NCBI GenBank assembly: GCA_050273025.1
Contig: CP158636.1
Span: forward strand, 682,001 to 746,000
Source: Cenococcum geophilum
Taxonomy: Eukaryota
Length of the DNA: 64,000 bases
Reading direction: 5' to 3'
Each line of letters begins with the position of its first letter. Position 1 is the first letter of the stretch. Positions 1 through 14,000 of this stretch are shown here, piece after piece. The position numbers and the translations under genes are program-made. Below the pieces are notes generated by a model that saw only the letters and a program-made list of their open reading frames with translations, did not search any database and was not told where the DNA came from.

Positions 1-194
1 AAGTGTCTGGGAGCTTTTTAGTCGCGATTTGGTGGTAATCAACCACGGATCATTAAATTACTCAAACTTTGCCACCTTTCCCACGTCTAATTATCTTAAA
101 AATGTTATGAGGTAAAAGCTCTTTAACTTCTTTATTTATTCTATCTAGTAGCTATATCATAGCTATCTTATATTAAAAGTTAAATATAGGTAGG

Positions 195-363
195 TGTTCG
201 GATCACGGTGGGGGGGTTTTTGGTTCAATTGTATTCGTCTTCTTCTTTTCTCTACTTCTACAGGTGGAATTTGATGGATCTCCTGAGCTCGCTTAGCTCA
301 CGTGGTTAACCCAATTGGTTACAAGCAACTGTGTCTACTATATTACAGAACCTTATTCAGACA
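195..363. mobile_element. Probable solo LTR (169 bp)
   Basis: TG...CA termini (tgttcgga...ttcagaca) flanked by the 5-bp direct repeat GTAGG (190-194, 364-368); less RIP-like than its flanks; no second copy in the window. Confidence 0.6.
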
Positions 364-406
364 GTAGGTAATTTAAAATCTAAGTTATTTTCTAGAATAC
401 TATATC

Positions 407-494
407 TGTGAGGTGACAGGCTCCGCACCACCCAGCCACGGCAAGATGCCAGGCACGGTTGTGCGGAACTGCGAGGTGACTTCGTTACCTGACA
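407..494. mobile_element. 88-bp mini insertion (very short solo LTR or MITE-like element)
   Basis: Imperfect inverted termini TGTGAGGTGAC...GTTACCTGACA; 5-bp TSD ATATC (402-406, 495-499); GC-rich internal inverted repeat ccgcac...gtgcgg. Confidence 0.7.
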
Positions 495-567
495 ATATCT
501 TATATCTTAATATAATAGATATAAAGCTTTAGTATATGTGGGGAGAGAAATAATTACTTAAAGAATC

Positions 568-733
568 TGTTGGTCACATAGGGTGACTCACCAATAACGA
601 CTACTCGAGTAGGTTACAGTGATGTTGGTTAATAAAGCTTATTGATTGGAATGAGGAAGGGCGGGGAGCCTAAGACTCCTCGCCACGCTAGTGCCGCGGC
701 ATCACGTGACGACCGCTTGCCTCATTCCCAACA
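568..733 (-). repeat. 3' LTR of Copia A
   Basis: tgttgg...cccaaca; direct repeat of 62051-62216. Confidence 0.93.
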
Positions 734-945
734 CTGGCAACTCTTCTTTTGTGGTTGTTATCTATATATAAATACTGCTTAACTAGCGTAATAAATATTA
801 ATCCTCCTTACTTACTATTGCTATTATAATATAAGTCTCGCTGATTTAAAATTTGCCTCTTAGCACGTGGTGCTTTCTTACTTAAAGTTATAGGTGGATA
901 TTATATTGGGGCCGCTAAGGCGCTAGTTATAAGCGAGCTAATAGC

Positions 946-980
946 GATTTTCTATGCCGGGTATAGAAAATCCTAATTAG
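946..980. promoter_or_regulatory. Palindrome plus ctaattag motif in the Copia A 3' UTR (putative cis-element)
   Basis: GATTTTCTATGCC-G-GGTATAGAAAATC followed by ctaattag; recurs at ~1546 (B) and 42625 (Gypsy G); function inferred only. Confidence 0.4.
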
Positions 981-1132
981 CTAGTTAAAATTAGGGTTTA
1001 TAAAATATTATACTCTTACTCCCTTTTAACCTAACCTTTAACTTATATATATAGAGTATTTATATTAACAAATATTTCTAAAGCCTTGTTTAGGTTTGCC
1101 TTTATTATTATATCTACTAGGTTATCTTAACC

Positions 1133-1327
1133 TGTTGGTTATATAAGGGGATATCACGTAGCTACGGTTCGTAGATAGTATGATAATTGTTGTTTTTATA
1201 TATGTTAGGGAGGGTGAGGAGCTTAAGGCTCCTTGCTACGCTACTGCCGCGGCGATACGTGATAGCAACTTACCGCACGTAACGGCAACTTGCCTTATAT
1301 GGTAACTACTTACCTTTATTCCTAATA
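1133..1327 (-). repeat. 3' LTR of Copia B (195 bp)
   Basis: Direct repeat of 6966-7180 lacking one 20-bp internal unit. Confidence 0.92.
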
Positions 1328-1719
1328 CTGGCAACTCTTCTTTTATAGTTGCTATCTATATATATATATACCGCTTAACTAGCGTAGCAAATATTAATCC
1401 TTCTTACTTACTATTGCTATTATAATATAAGTCTCGCTATCCCAAAATTTACCTCTTAGCACGTAGTGCTTTCTTACTTAGGAGTTATAGGTAGATATCT
1501 TGTTCGGAGGGCCGCTAAGGTACTAGTAGTAAGCAAGCTAATAGCAATTTTCTATCCCGGGGATAAAAAATCCTAATTAGCTGGGTTAAGTTAGGGTCTG
1601 CAGAATATTATGCTCTAAAAAGTCTTGGTAAGAGAATCTAACTAATTAGACAACTTTAACCGCTAGTTAAAGTTCCTAGATATCTTAAGACCTTATATAA
1701 CTAAGAAATTTCTAGGGAT

Positions 1720-4700
1720 TCCCTTTTAACCTAACCTTTAACTTATATACGTAGAGTATTTATATTAACGAACGTCTCTAGTGCCTTATTTAGGTTCGCC
1801 TTTGTTATTATATTTGCCGGGTTATCTTAGCTATTAATCTATTAAATCTTAAAGAGTTCTTAATACTTATAGGATTGCTAAAGTACTATAATATTAATTA
1901 TAAGGCGCTTCTTTTTTATAGTACTAAGCTTAACTAAATACTTATAGAGGGAATATAAGTTAGTGTATATGATTATAGGGATAATAGGAAGTTTAAGTTA
2001 ATCTATAATTATCTTTAGGGTAGTTCTAATTGTAATTGCTATATTAACTCCGCCAACTATTTTATATATCTCTAACACTAAAACACTTTAGGTAACGCGC
2101 TTGCTCTTAGTTAAGCTCTAATAAATAAGATTGCCATAGATTATAAAGTTATTCTCTTTAGTAAATTTATTTGCGATAATAATCTTATATCCTAACTAGG
2201 AGCTAAAATCTTTATTATTTATAAACGATCTATTAATAAATATAAAGAGCTTAGCGGTAGGAAGATTAATAGGCATATAAAGTAATCCCCGATTAAGATG
2301 GTTTATTTACTAAAAAAGATATTTATTTAGGGTAAGAACGTCATCCTTAGTTAGTTTCTAGTGTTAGGCGGTAATAAAGAGATTAAATAAAGCCTTAGGT
2401 TAATAGATAGAAGTAACATAAGCTTTACGAGCGTATTGCTTTTTATATCCTTACTTTAGGGAATTAACGTTAATAACGTTAATCTTCTTACCTTAACCCT
2501 TCTGGCGTAAAGTAATAGAATCCTTATTTAGGGAGAGGATGCATCTATTAAAGAGTAATAGTATTATTAAATTAAGCTTTTCTTTTAGCTTTGCTATAAG
2601 ATTTGCCTTTATTAGCTTATTTTCTTTAAGAGCTAAGAATTAGTCGTCCCCTAAGATAATTATATTATTAATTTATATACCAACGATTTTAAACGGAGTT
2701 CCTATAGTTATAATAAGGAAGCAGGGATTGAATATAGAAGTAGTTATTAAAAGCTTCTCTTTATAGTACTTACTATAGGTAGCCTACTAGTAAGTTTCTA
2801 CCTTTGCGATTTTATATAATAGCTTAAGTATAACTATAATCGTATCTTTAGGATACTAGTAGCGAATTTGCTCCGGAAGGTATGCCAATATTAAGCGCTA
2901 AAGGTGCGTCTCTAATTAGGTGTAGGCTTAAGTAATATCTTATAAATAAACCGCTATTCTATTCTTTATTAAGGAGGGAGCTAGCGTAATAATAACTTAC
3001 TAACTAGCTTATTAAATTATAGGAGACTACATAAGAATTACCTCCTTGCTATTATTATTATAGCCTTAAATAATAAGCTTTAATTTCTTAAATAGGGCGT
3101 TAGTAGCTTTGCCCTTAATCTTATTAACCATTCTTAACTTAAAGATACGAACTCTATTAAACTTAGTAGGGTCATACTTCTTAAATTTAAAAACTCCTCT
3201 TATAATAAGACTATTAATCTCCTACTTATTAAATACTTAGAAAGGAGCTCCTAGAGTTATAATACAACCTTCCTTTTAAAGCTATTTTGCGAGTTTAAAG
3301 TTAGCCTTCTCCTTAGCTGTTATAAAGGCCATTAATAACTTAACTCTATTTTTAATAGCGGCAACAAATTATTCTTTAAAATTAATAAGATGTTAGTGAT
3401 TTTGTAATCCCTTTAGGCGACCTCTACCGCGTCGTAGTTATAGCGCATCTACTATAATTATATTAGGATCGTAGTTGCCTTCTAGAGTATATTAATTATA
3501 GTTTTCTTTTAGGGTATCTTCTAGGGCATCCTATAAAGGCTTAGAATTGTTATCTTTATAGTAAGGCTTAATAATAGTTAAATGGAATTAAGTAGGTCTG
3601 TAAGGCATCTAAATAGTATAAGTTTAACTATTAATTATAATAAGTTAGTATAGGCCTAACTATCCTCCCTTTTTATCTTATATGTGTACCTTAGACTAGA
3701 GTAGCAGATTAAGCATAATTAAGGTATTTAGGCTATTTTTTATTCCTAGTACGTCGTTGACCTAACGTATAGCGTAGAGACGTTGCACCTCCTTTATTGC
3801 CTTATAAATAGCCTCAGCTTATTATATAATAGAGGGAGATAGTAAAAAATTATTAGTTATTTAAGGGTAAGCGCTAAAGACTAGTAATATAGGTATAAGT
3901 CTATCTGGGCTAGCGGAATTGTTAATAGCTTTAACAGCCATTTATAAGGTAAGTTTTTCGCTAGCGTCCTTTAGTTCTAAAGAGATAATCTTATATACGC
4001 GGCGTAATGGCGTATAATATTGTTTTACTTTTCTAATACTATTATATGCCTTAATAGGGACTTCCTTAACCTTAATTGCCATTGCCTTTATCTATTATTA
4101 AAACTTTATAGATAAAAAGTTCTTTTCTACGTTATAGACAATTTAATTAGGGGGTCCTAAATAGATATTAATCTAGCATAACTAAAGGGTCTCCTATGCG
4201 TTTCTAGCTAATATATCTTTTAAGAAACGCGCGGCTTAGAAAAAGGTTAAGAAGTTAATAACTTAAAGCACTAGCTTGCCGCTAAGATATATAACGTTAA
4301 TAATAATATAGAAGTTAAAGTTATAGTTATTCTTAAGGGTGAACTTAAATCGGCTAGGGGACTTCTGGTTTATTTAGTAATAATAGTAATACTTTATAAA
4401 ATACTTAATTACCTTAACCTTAACTTTATAGCCTACTTATTAAAGAACCCTAAGTAATTAATAAATAGATAGGTGGCCAAAATAACGGTATAGTTGGCGT
4501 AATTCTAGCTTAGTTAAGTAGCTTTAAGTAATACTCTTTTCTAGTTAATAAAGGAGCAACTAGGGGTAACCTTATTTGCGCATAATAGGCACCTAATTAT
4601 CTTCCTAAATAAATATATTTTTAAGGTTGTTAAGCCTAACGCCTAATTTATTTATATCTTTAATATAAAATAGAAACGGAGTATTTATAGGAATAATATA

Positions 4701-6660
4701 AAAACTAATATACCCTAAGGGGGTTTAAACCCTAATTATGCCGAGAGAGATTATAGTACCTTTACCAAAACGAATTATATACTAGCCTGCCGTTAAATAG
4801 TTAATCTAAATAGAGCTATTAAGCTATTAAAGGGCTCGAACTTAAGGTTCTCCTACTATAGATACTCCTGCGGCTCTAGTATCCGGTATAATACTATAGA
4901 AGACGTTCGCCGAGTATCTATTATTAAAGGAAAACGCGGAGCTCTCCTTTAGCTTATTAAAGATATCTAACTTTATAATAGAATGGAGCGTAGATTGGTT
5001 ATTAAGGATAGCGACGGTTTATATGCTATTTACCTTACTATACTTAGTAAAGTATTAGTTAGGTAAGTAGTCCTTAATTTCCATATCTATAAGGAGCTGT
5101 TTAGTCTTATTAACCTTACCCTTAAGGTCTTCTACGCCTTTATATTAAACTAGGAAGCTTTAGAAGTAGGCCGTAGTAACCTTATAATTTCTAATATTTT
5201 TTATACTCTAACGAAACTTGTTATATACCTCTTTTCGCTTATTAAGGGAGTATCTAATTAACTAGTAATTTAGCTTTTTATAAACGTAGCATTTCTTCTA
5301 ACAATTACTTTAAAATAAACCTCTATAAGGACCTCTATAATTACCTTATAGTTAACATTAATTATACCCTCTTTTATATTCCCTACTGCGGCCACTATAT
5401 ATTTAATTAGTTCAGTTATAATTGTGTTAGTTAGGAATACTTAGTTAGGTAAAGTTTTCGGTATAGAACTATTAAGATTCTTATATTTATATTATAGTAC
5501 CTATAGCAGAGCGTAGCTTAGTATATACTCCTTTAAATATATCTATAGGTTTATATAGCGCTAAGTTACACTTAGAAACGCTATGGCATGCTAAGATAAC
5601 CTAATCCCTTAGGCTATTCTTATTTTAGTAAGTTTTAGTAAGGCCATATTAGATTTTCTAAAGTTTATTAAAGAGTAGTTAAAGGCACTCTAAACGAGTC
5701 TTTATTAGGTTAAAAGTAATAACTCTTTAAAACATAGTCTCCCGCTATTTAGATATATAAAGTTAGCAATTTTTATTAGTCTTAAAGTGGGCTCTAGTAA
5801 GCTAAAGCATTATATTAAAGTTATAGTTTTTACCCGTAATATAGTTGTAATAGAATATTGCTGTCTGTCCCTTTAATATAATAGAGAAAGCGTAATAGTA
5901 CTAGTGGCGTTAAATTCTAACCTTATTATAATAGTTATAAAAGACCTATAGTTTTGCTCTAAGTATATTATACAGTTCTCCTTTAAACTTCTTCTCTTTG
6001 TCTAAATATACCTTTATTAGATTTGTAACTTTTTATAGTAAAGGCTTACTAGTTAGCTAGAGTAAAGAAGGTAAAGGCGGAGTAACTCTAAGTAGGAGAG
6101 CACCTCTAGGTAGGAGAGCAGCTTTAGGTAGGGGGTTAGCGTTCTAGGGGTTTTAATATAAATTAAAGTTACCTTCTAAAGAATATAGGTTGTTTTTAGG
6201 TTTCCATAATTAACGTATAATCTTAGCTTCTGTCCATATTAGTTCTTCTATACTAGTAATAACGGCCTAAATATTACTAGTAATTAGGTTACCGTTCTTA
6301 GTAACGTATACCCTATTCCTATAAAGGAAGTCTTAAAAGTCCCGAATAATATTAACGTTACTAAGTACCTAGGTATTAGCAGTCTATCCTATAAAATCCT
6401 GCCTAAAATCCTCCTATAGTTATAAGTTGGTATAGTATTAATTTTAGTAGAATATAATATAGTATAAAAGAAAGCTGTTAACTTGTTTTGCGGTATAAGT
6501 TATTATATTAAAGGCGAATTCGTCCCAATCTTTATTAATAAGTTTCGCGTGCTTAGCTACCCCTAGTAGTAAGAAGTCTTTTTAGTTATTTAAGGTAAGC
6601 ATAGCCATATTTTCAGAGGGAGGGAAGTATTATTAGTATAGGGATTGTTGTTTAGTACGC
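1720..6660 (-). pseudogene. Copia B gag-pol polyprotein relic
   Basis: Many RIP-type stops; RT motif reads GI*INNI at ~2660-2680 (inferred GMQTDDT before RIP); Copia domain order; ends approximate. Confidence 0.85.
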
Positions 6661-6965
6661 ATTTATAATGTATATTTGTCGTTTATAGGGCTTAGGACTA
6701 GTTCTAGCCTTAAATCGCGAAGACTTATAAAGCGTGTTATTCTGTATAATAGACGCAAGAATCTATAATCTTAGAAAGGCTTAGGACCAGTTCTGGCCTT
6801 TAAATCCTTAAATTTATAGAAGAGTTCTATTTAAGGTTTAGGACCAGTTCTAACCTTAAAAGACAGCTTCCTCTAGCACGAGTAGCACTAGTATAGTAGC
6901 TCGTCTCTTTTTAGTGGAATACCTAGCTGTTCTATAGTATAATAGTAAAGTTAACTACTAATTAG

Positions 6966-7180
6966 TATTGGTTATATAAGGGGATATCACGTAGCTACGG
7001 TTCGTAGATAGTATAATAATTATTATTTTTGTATATGTCAGGGAGGGTAAGGAGCTTAAGGCTCCTCGCCACGCTACTGCCGCGGCGACACGTGACGGCA
7101 ACTTGCCGCACGTAACGGCAACTTGCCACCTATAATGGCAATTTGCCTTATGTGGTGACCACTTGCCTTTATTCCCAATA
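6966..7180 (-). repeat. 5' LTR of Copia B (215 bp)
   Basis: tattgg...cccaata (RIP form of TGTTGG...CCCAACA); palindrome ctaattag adjacent at 6958-6965. Confidence 0.92.
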
Positions 7181-7185
7181 TAACC

Positions 7186-10100
7186 ATTAATCTATTAAAT
7201 CTTAAAGAGTTCTCACCGTTTATAAAATTAATAAAGTGCTATAATATTAATTATAAGGCGCTTCTTCTTTATAGTACTAAGCTTAACTAAATACTTATAG
7301 AGGGAATATAAGTCGGTATATACGATTATAGGAATAACGGGAAGTTTAAGTTAATCTATAATTATCTTTAGGGTAGTTCCAATTATAATTGCTATATTAA
7401 CTCCGCTAACCATTTTATATATCTCTAACGCTAGAACGCTTTAAGTAATATACTTACTCTTAGTTAAGCTCCAATAGATAAAATTACCGTAGATTGTAAA
7501 GTTATTCTCTCTAGTAGATTCGTTTATAATAATAATCTTATATCTTAGCTAGAAGCTAAAATCTTTATTATTTATAAATAATCTATTAATAAATATAAAG
7601 AGCTTAGTAGTGGGAAGATTAATAGGCATATAGTATAGTCCTTGGTTAAGATAGTTTATTTACTAAAAAAGACGTTTATTTAGGGCAAGAACGTTATCCT
7701 TAGTTAGTTCCTAGTATTAGGTAATAATAGAGAGATTAAATAAAGCCTTAGGTTAACAAATAAAAGTAATATAAACTCTATAAGCGTGTTGCTCTATATA
7801 TCCTTACTTTAAAGAATTAACGTTAATAACGTTAATCTTCTTACCTTAACCCTTTTGGCGTAAAGCAATAGAATCCTTATTTAGGGAGAGGATGCATCTA
7901 TTAAAGAGTAATAGTATTATTAAATTAAGCTTTTCCTTTAGCTTTACTATAAGATTTGCCTTTACTAGTTTATTTTCTTTAAGAGCTAAAAATCGGTTGT
8001 CTTCTAAAATAATTATATTATTAGTTTATATACCAACGATTCCAAATAGAGTTTCTATGGTTATAATAAGAAAGCATAGATTAAATATAGAAGTAGTTAT
8101 TAAAAGCTTCTCTTTATAGTGCTTACTTTAGGTAGCCCACTAATAAGTTCCTACCTCTATAATTCTATATAATAGCTTAAGCATAACTATAATTATATCT
8201 TCGGGATATTAGTAGCGAATTTGCTCTAAAAGGTATGCCAGTATTAAGCGCTAAAGGGGCGTCTCTAATTAAATGTAGGTTTAAGTAATATCTTATAAAT
8301 AAACCGCCATTTTATTCTTTATTAAGGAGGGAGCTAGCGCAACAATAACTCACTAACTAGCTCGTTAAATTATAAGAGATTATATAAAAATCACCTCCTT
8401 ACTATTATTGTTGTAACCTTAGATAATAAGCCTTAATTTCTCAAATAGGGCGTTAGTAGCTTTACCCTTAATCTCGTTAACCATTCTTAACTTAAAGATA
8501 CGAACTCTATTAAACTTAATAGGGTTATACTTCTTAAATTTAAAGACTTCTCTTATAATAAGACTATCGATCTCCTACTTATTGGATGCTTAGAAAGGAG
8601 CTCCTAGAGTTATAATATAACCTTCCTTTTAAAGCTATTTTGCGAGTTTAAAGTTAGCCTTCTCCTTAGCTATTATAAAGGCCATTAATAGCTTAACTCT
8701 ATTCTTAATAGCGGCAATAAATTACTCTTCGAAATTAATAAGATATTAGTAATCTCGTAATCCCTTTAGGCGACCTCTACTACGTTATAGTTGCGGCGTA
8801 TCTACTACAATTATATTAGAATTATGGTCGCCTTCTAAAGCATATTAATCGTAGTTCTTCTCTAGGGTATTTTCTATAGCATCCTATAAAGGCTCGGAAC
8901 TATTATCTTTATAATAAGGCTTAATAACAGTTAAACGGAATTAAGTAGGTCTATAAGGCATCTAAATAGTATAAGTTTAACTATTAATTATAATAAGTTA
9001 ATATAGGCTTAACTACCCTCCCTTTTTACGCCATATATATACCTTAGACTAGAGTAGCAGATTAAGCGTAGTTAATATATTTAGGCTATTTCTTATTCCT
9101 AGTGCGTCGTTAACCTAGCGTATAGCGTAGAGACGTTATACCTCCTTTATTACCTTGCGAATAGCCTTAACTTATTATATAATAAAGGGAGATAGTAGAG
9201 AATTATTAATTATTTAAGGGTAGGCGCTAAAGACTAGTAATATAGGTATAAGTCTATCCGGGCTAGCGGAATTGTTAATAGCTTTAACAGCCATTTATAA
9301 GGTAAGTTCTTCGCTAGCGGCCTTTAGTTTTAAAAAGATAATCTTATATACGCGGCGTAATGGCGCGTAATATCGCTCTATTTTTTTAATACTATTATAT
9401 ACCTTAACAGGGACTTTCTTAACCTTAATTACCATTACCTTTATCTGTTATCGAAACTCTATAAATAAGAAGTTCTTTTCTACGTCGTAGATAATTTAGT
9501 TAGGGGGTCCTAAGTAAATATTAATTTAGTATAATTAAAGGGTATCCTATACGTTCTTAGCTAATATATCCTTTAAGAAACGTGCGGCTTAGAAAAAGGT
9601 TAAGAAGTTAATAACTTAGAGTACTAGCTTACTGCTAAGATATATAACGTTAACAATAATATAGAAGTTAAAGTCGTAGTTATCTTTAAGGCTAAACTTA
9701 AATCGGCTAGGGGACTTCTAGTTTATTTAGTAGTAATAGTAGTACTTTATAAGATACTTAATTACCTTAATCTTAACTTTATAGCCTGCTCGCTAAAGGA
9801 CCCTAAGCAGTTAGTAAATAGATAGGTAGCTAAAGCAATAGTATAGTTAACGTAACTCTAACTTAGTTAAGTAGCTTTAAGTAACACTCTTTTCTAGTTA
9901 ATAAAGGAGTAACTAGGGGTAACCCTACTTGCGCATAACAGGCACCTAATTATTTCCCTAAATAAGTATATTCTTGAGGTTATTAAGCTTAACGCCTAAT
10001 TTATCTATATCTTTAATGCAAAATAGAAAAGGGGTATTTATGGGAATAATATAAAAAGTAATGCACCCTAAGGGGGTTTAGACCCTAATTATGCTAAAAA

Positions 10101-10607
10101 AGATTGCAGTACCCTTACTAAAACGAATTGTGTGTTAGCCTACCGTTAAATAGTTAATCTAAACAGAGCTATCAAGCTACTAAAGGGCTTAAACTTAAGG
10201 TTCTCCTACTATAGATACTCCTGTGGCTCTAGTGTCTGGTATAATACTATAAAAAACGTTCGCCAAGTATCTGTTATTAAAGGAGAACGTAAAACTCTCC
10301 TATAGCTCGTTAAAGATATCTAACTTTATAATAGAGTAGAGCGTAGATTAGTTATTAAGAATGGTAATAATTTATATACTATCTACCTTACTATACTTAG
10401 TAAAGTATTAGTTGGGTAAGTAGTCCTCAATTTCTATATCTATAAGAAGCTATTCAGCCTTATTAACCTCACCCTTAAGATCTTCTACGCCTTTATATTA
10501 AACTAAGAAGCTTTAGAAGTAGGTTATAGTAACCTTATAATTTCTAACGTTTTTTACACTTTAGTAAAACTTATTATATGCCTTTTTTTACTTATTAAGA
10601 GAATGCC
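7186..10607 (-). pseudogene. Copia A pol segment (RNase H, RT, integrase)
   Basis: Collinear with B ~1833-5254, differing mostly by C/T and G/A transitions. Confidence 0.9.
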
Positions 10608-11071
10608 TATTACGGACGCTTTAAGTACGATGTTACAACTACTTGGAGAGGAGTTAGAGGAAGCTAGTTGGTTAATATAAGTACGGTCTAAGATGGAACC
10701 CGTAGAGCTATATAACGAGGAATGGTAACTAAGGTTATATAACAAGCTCTATAAGCTCTACAAGGTCTATAAGGAACGTCTTACGTACCTTATATACCTC
10801 ACGTACTTTATATACAAGAAGGATTTCATAGGAGTACGGTTGTGTATTTAAGGACCCTTAGTCCCTACCTAGATAGTTCCTTCCTTATAGTGATTCTTAA
10901 AATATAATTAGAGTTAATCTATTAGGCAACCACTCTACCAGTTATTACTACGTTGTTAACTTACTTATAATACCTATATACCTAGCCCATTAATAAGTCC
11001 ACCGTAGTTCCTACTATAAGGCTCCGTTACACAATTACTACTATAGTTATAGTTTTAATAAGTCGAATAAC

Positions 11072-14000
11072 ATGCCACCAAAAGCAGCCACTATAACGCC
11101 GTTAACGGCAGTAACCACTTTAAGGTTAAGTAAAGATATAAGTATATAAGATACTAACTTATAACCAGTTACGGTTGGGCAGTTATAGGAAATTGTTAAT
11201 AGGTTAAACAAGAATAATTAAATACTTAAAGAAAGACTTAATGGGATTAGAGTAGCAAAGGTTAAGTTACCTTTAATTAAATAATTCTTAGGAGAGAGAT
11301 TAAAGCTTAAAGGATTCCTAACGTAAATACATTTTAAAGTTATATAAAAAGGGGCTAAGTTAGCTATAATAATGGATTAGATAGCCTATGCAGGACTATT
11401 TCTAATAAGTTAGGCACTTAAATAGTTTAAACCCTACTTAATAGAAATATAGACTAACGGAATAACTACTACTAATTAAGAGGTATAATTTATATTTTCT
11501 AGCTAGGTAAAATTTGCGGAATAATTAATATAGATATTTAGGGACCTAAAAGTAATAACTATAGTAAAAAGAAAGCTTTAGGACCTAATATAGCGAACTT
11601 TAGCAATTAAGTATACGATATAGTTTTAAATACTTACTATATAGGTTAAATAGAACGATAAGGCGCTTATAGTATAGTATAAATAGGGACTTAAGGCTAA
11701 AGTCTAGGACGTAATTATTCTAATAAAAGATGTAGATACCCTAAGGGAATTAATAGATTAAGCAATTAAGATTAATAATAGGATCTTCTAAAGGGAACAG
11801 GCTAAAAGAGGCTAGGATAGAGTTTTATAGTTATATAAGATATAAAGTACGCAATAACTAAAGCTAAGTTAAAAACTATAGTATGGCGCAGAGCTAATAG
11901 ACCTAAGTAGTACTAAAAAAACCTATAAGAGATAGGGAAAGCAACTATAAAAACCTAAAAGTTAAGAATTAAGTAATTATAGGACTAAGGAGTATAGGCT
12001 AAACTAAGGATCTTAATAGCGGAAGACGTTTAAGCGGACTCTATAGCAAAAGTAATAGTTTAAAAAAGGAGCTTATATAAATTGCGGAAAACAGGGTTAT
12101 TTTGCTAAAGACTATAAAAGTAGTTAGAGTTATTACGTAGTAAAGGGAACTAGACTAATAGTATATAATATATACGTATAAAGGGATAATAGTATACTAT
12201 AAGGAACAAAAGAATATTTAATTAAAAGTTTTGCGTTTTATTATAATAACGCATACCAAATTTATAAAGATGCTAAGTATAGTGCAAGCTATTAGCTATA
12301 AGAGCTAGAGTTAAAAGGACTTAAAGGAATTAAAGAGTTAGATAAAGAATACGATTAACTTTACAAGCTAGATTAAGATGTTATAGTAATATATAGATAA
12401 CAATTAGCAACAATAATAATAGAGTTGGAGTACTTATTAATTAATAGCGGCGAGGATAGTAAAGAAACTAACTAGGGGTATCCAAACCTTAATAACGTAA
12501 TAGAAGTAGAGACTAAGACCGCTATAGAGTAAGGTTCAGTAACGGGTATTATAACACCGTTAGATACGGCATTTATTACTTTATAAAACGGAAGGAGTAA
12601 TATCTAAAGACGATTAAGTAAGTAAACGACTGCTAGTGCTAGCTTACCACTCAATAAAGGTAAAAGGCTAAAGGCTTAAGATTCTTAAAATAAGATAAGA
12701 GATAACTAAGATTCTTAAGATAAGATAAGGTATGCTTAAGGACCTATAATGGACGAAAACCGATAGAATAGAGCAATAGCTTAGTTTAGTAATATATAAA
12801 TAAGCTTAGGACAAAGTTTCCTAAAGGTATAAGACTTTTAAGATGAGATAAGGGAGATTTAGGACTCTTAAGACGAGATAAGGACACTAGTAAAGCCTAG
12901 TTAGACTAAGGCAGGAGCTAAGCTTAAGTTAGTAAGCTTAGGATTAAAGGATCTAAGGGACTAAGAATTTGGAGTATAAATTAGGACACCTATAAGTAAA
13001 AGGTAAGGGGCTTCTTTATAGATCGGAGAATCTGCAATACAAACAGCAGTTAGATTAGGAGACAGATATATAGACCTAGAAGACTTACTAGTAAAACAAG
13101 ATGTTTAGACTAAAGATTAAGAGTTTAATACCAAAATTAAGAAGTAAGAAGACTTTAAGGATCCACTTATAAGACGTAAAAAGAAAGAAACTATAGAGGA
13201 ATTTAGAGCAAGAATTACCTTATAGTAAGAAAAGAAACTAAATAAGAGATCTAGTATATTGGGACGTATAAAGGATAGAGTACTAGTATAAAGGATTACT
13301 AATAGGCTAAAAGTAGGCATACTAAGAGCTAAGTGGCTTACTAAACTAGAAAATAAAGAGGATTTAGGGATTTTTACTAGATTTAAAGAACGATATATAA
13401 AGGGCTATTATAACGTAGTAATAAGAAGATACTTCCTTATAGACAGACCGTATATACTCTAGTAGCTATACCAAAAGTAGTATAGGCAACGACATAATAA
13501 TAAGTAGAAAGATTTCTATATGTAGTTAAATAAAAAAGTTATCTAAGACTACCTAATTACGGAAAAAGCAATAAATTATATTAAGGGAGCCTTAATTATA
13601 ATATTAAAAGATCTAGAGGAACGATTAGAGGACTAGAGAAGCAAGAGGCGCGTCTTAGTACCTATAAATAAAGTTATAATATTTAGATTAGTACGATAGA
13701 GGTTTAAACTTAAAGATTAAGATAAGTTAAGAGTTAACCTAAAGCACCTGGTATACTACACGCTATTATAGATTGTATATATAAACGATATATATAAAAT
13801 ATACAAGAATCCAAAGAAAAAGAATCGGAAATACTTTATAAGGATATACTAGATAATAGAAGAATAATAGTATAGAAATACCAAGTATATATATAGCTGG
13901 CATCCAGCAGAAGTCTAAGAGAAAGGAAGTTTAATACTTTAACCAGAAAGATTTCTTATAGAAGAATGCTTAGATAGATAACAATAGTAAAAATATCTAG

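Larger units (their letters stand above)
1133..7180 (-). mobile_element. Copia element B (GalEa-like), full length, RIP-inactivated, inserted in the RNase H end of A
   Basis: LTRs 1133-1327 and 6966-7180; TSD TAACC (1128-1132, 7181-7185); the empty-site sequence is visible inside B itself at ~1821-1845; minus-strand order gag-integrase-RT-RNase H. Confidence 0.93.
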
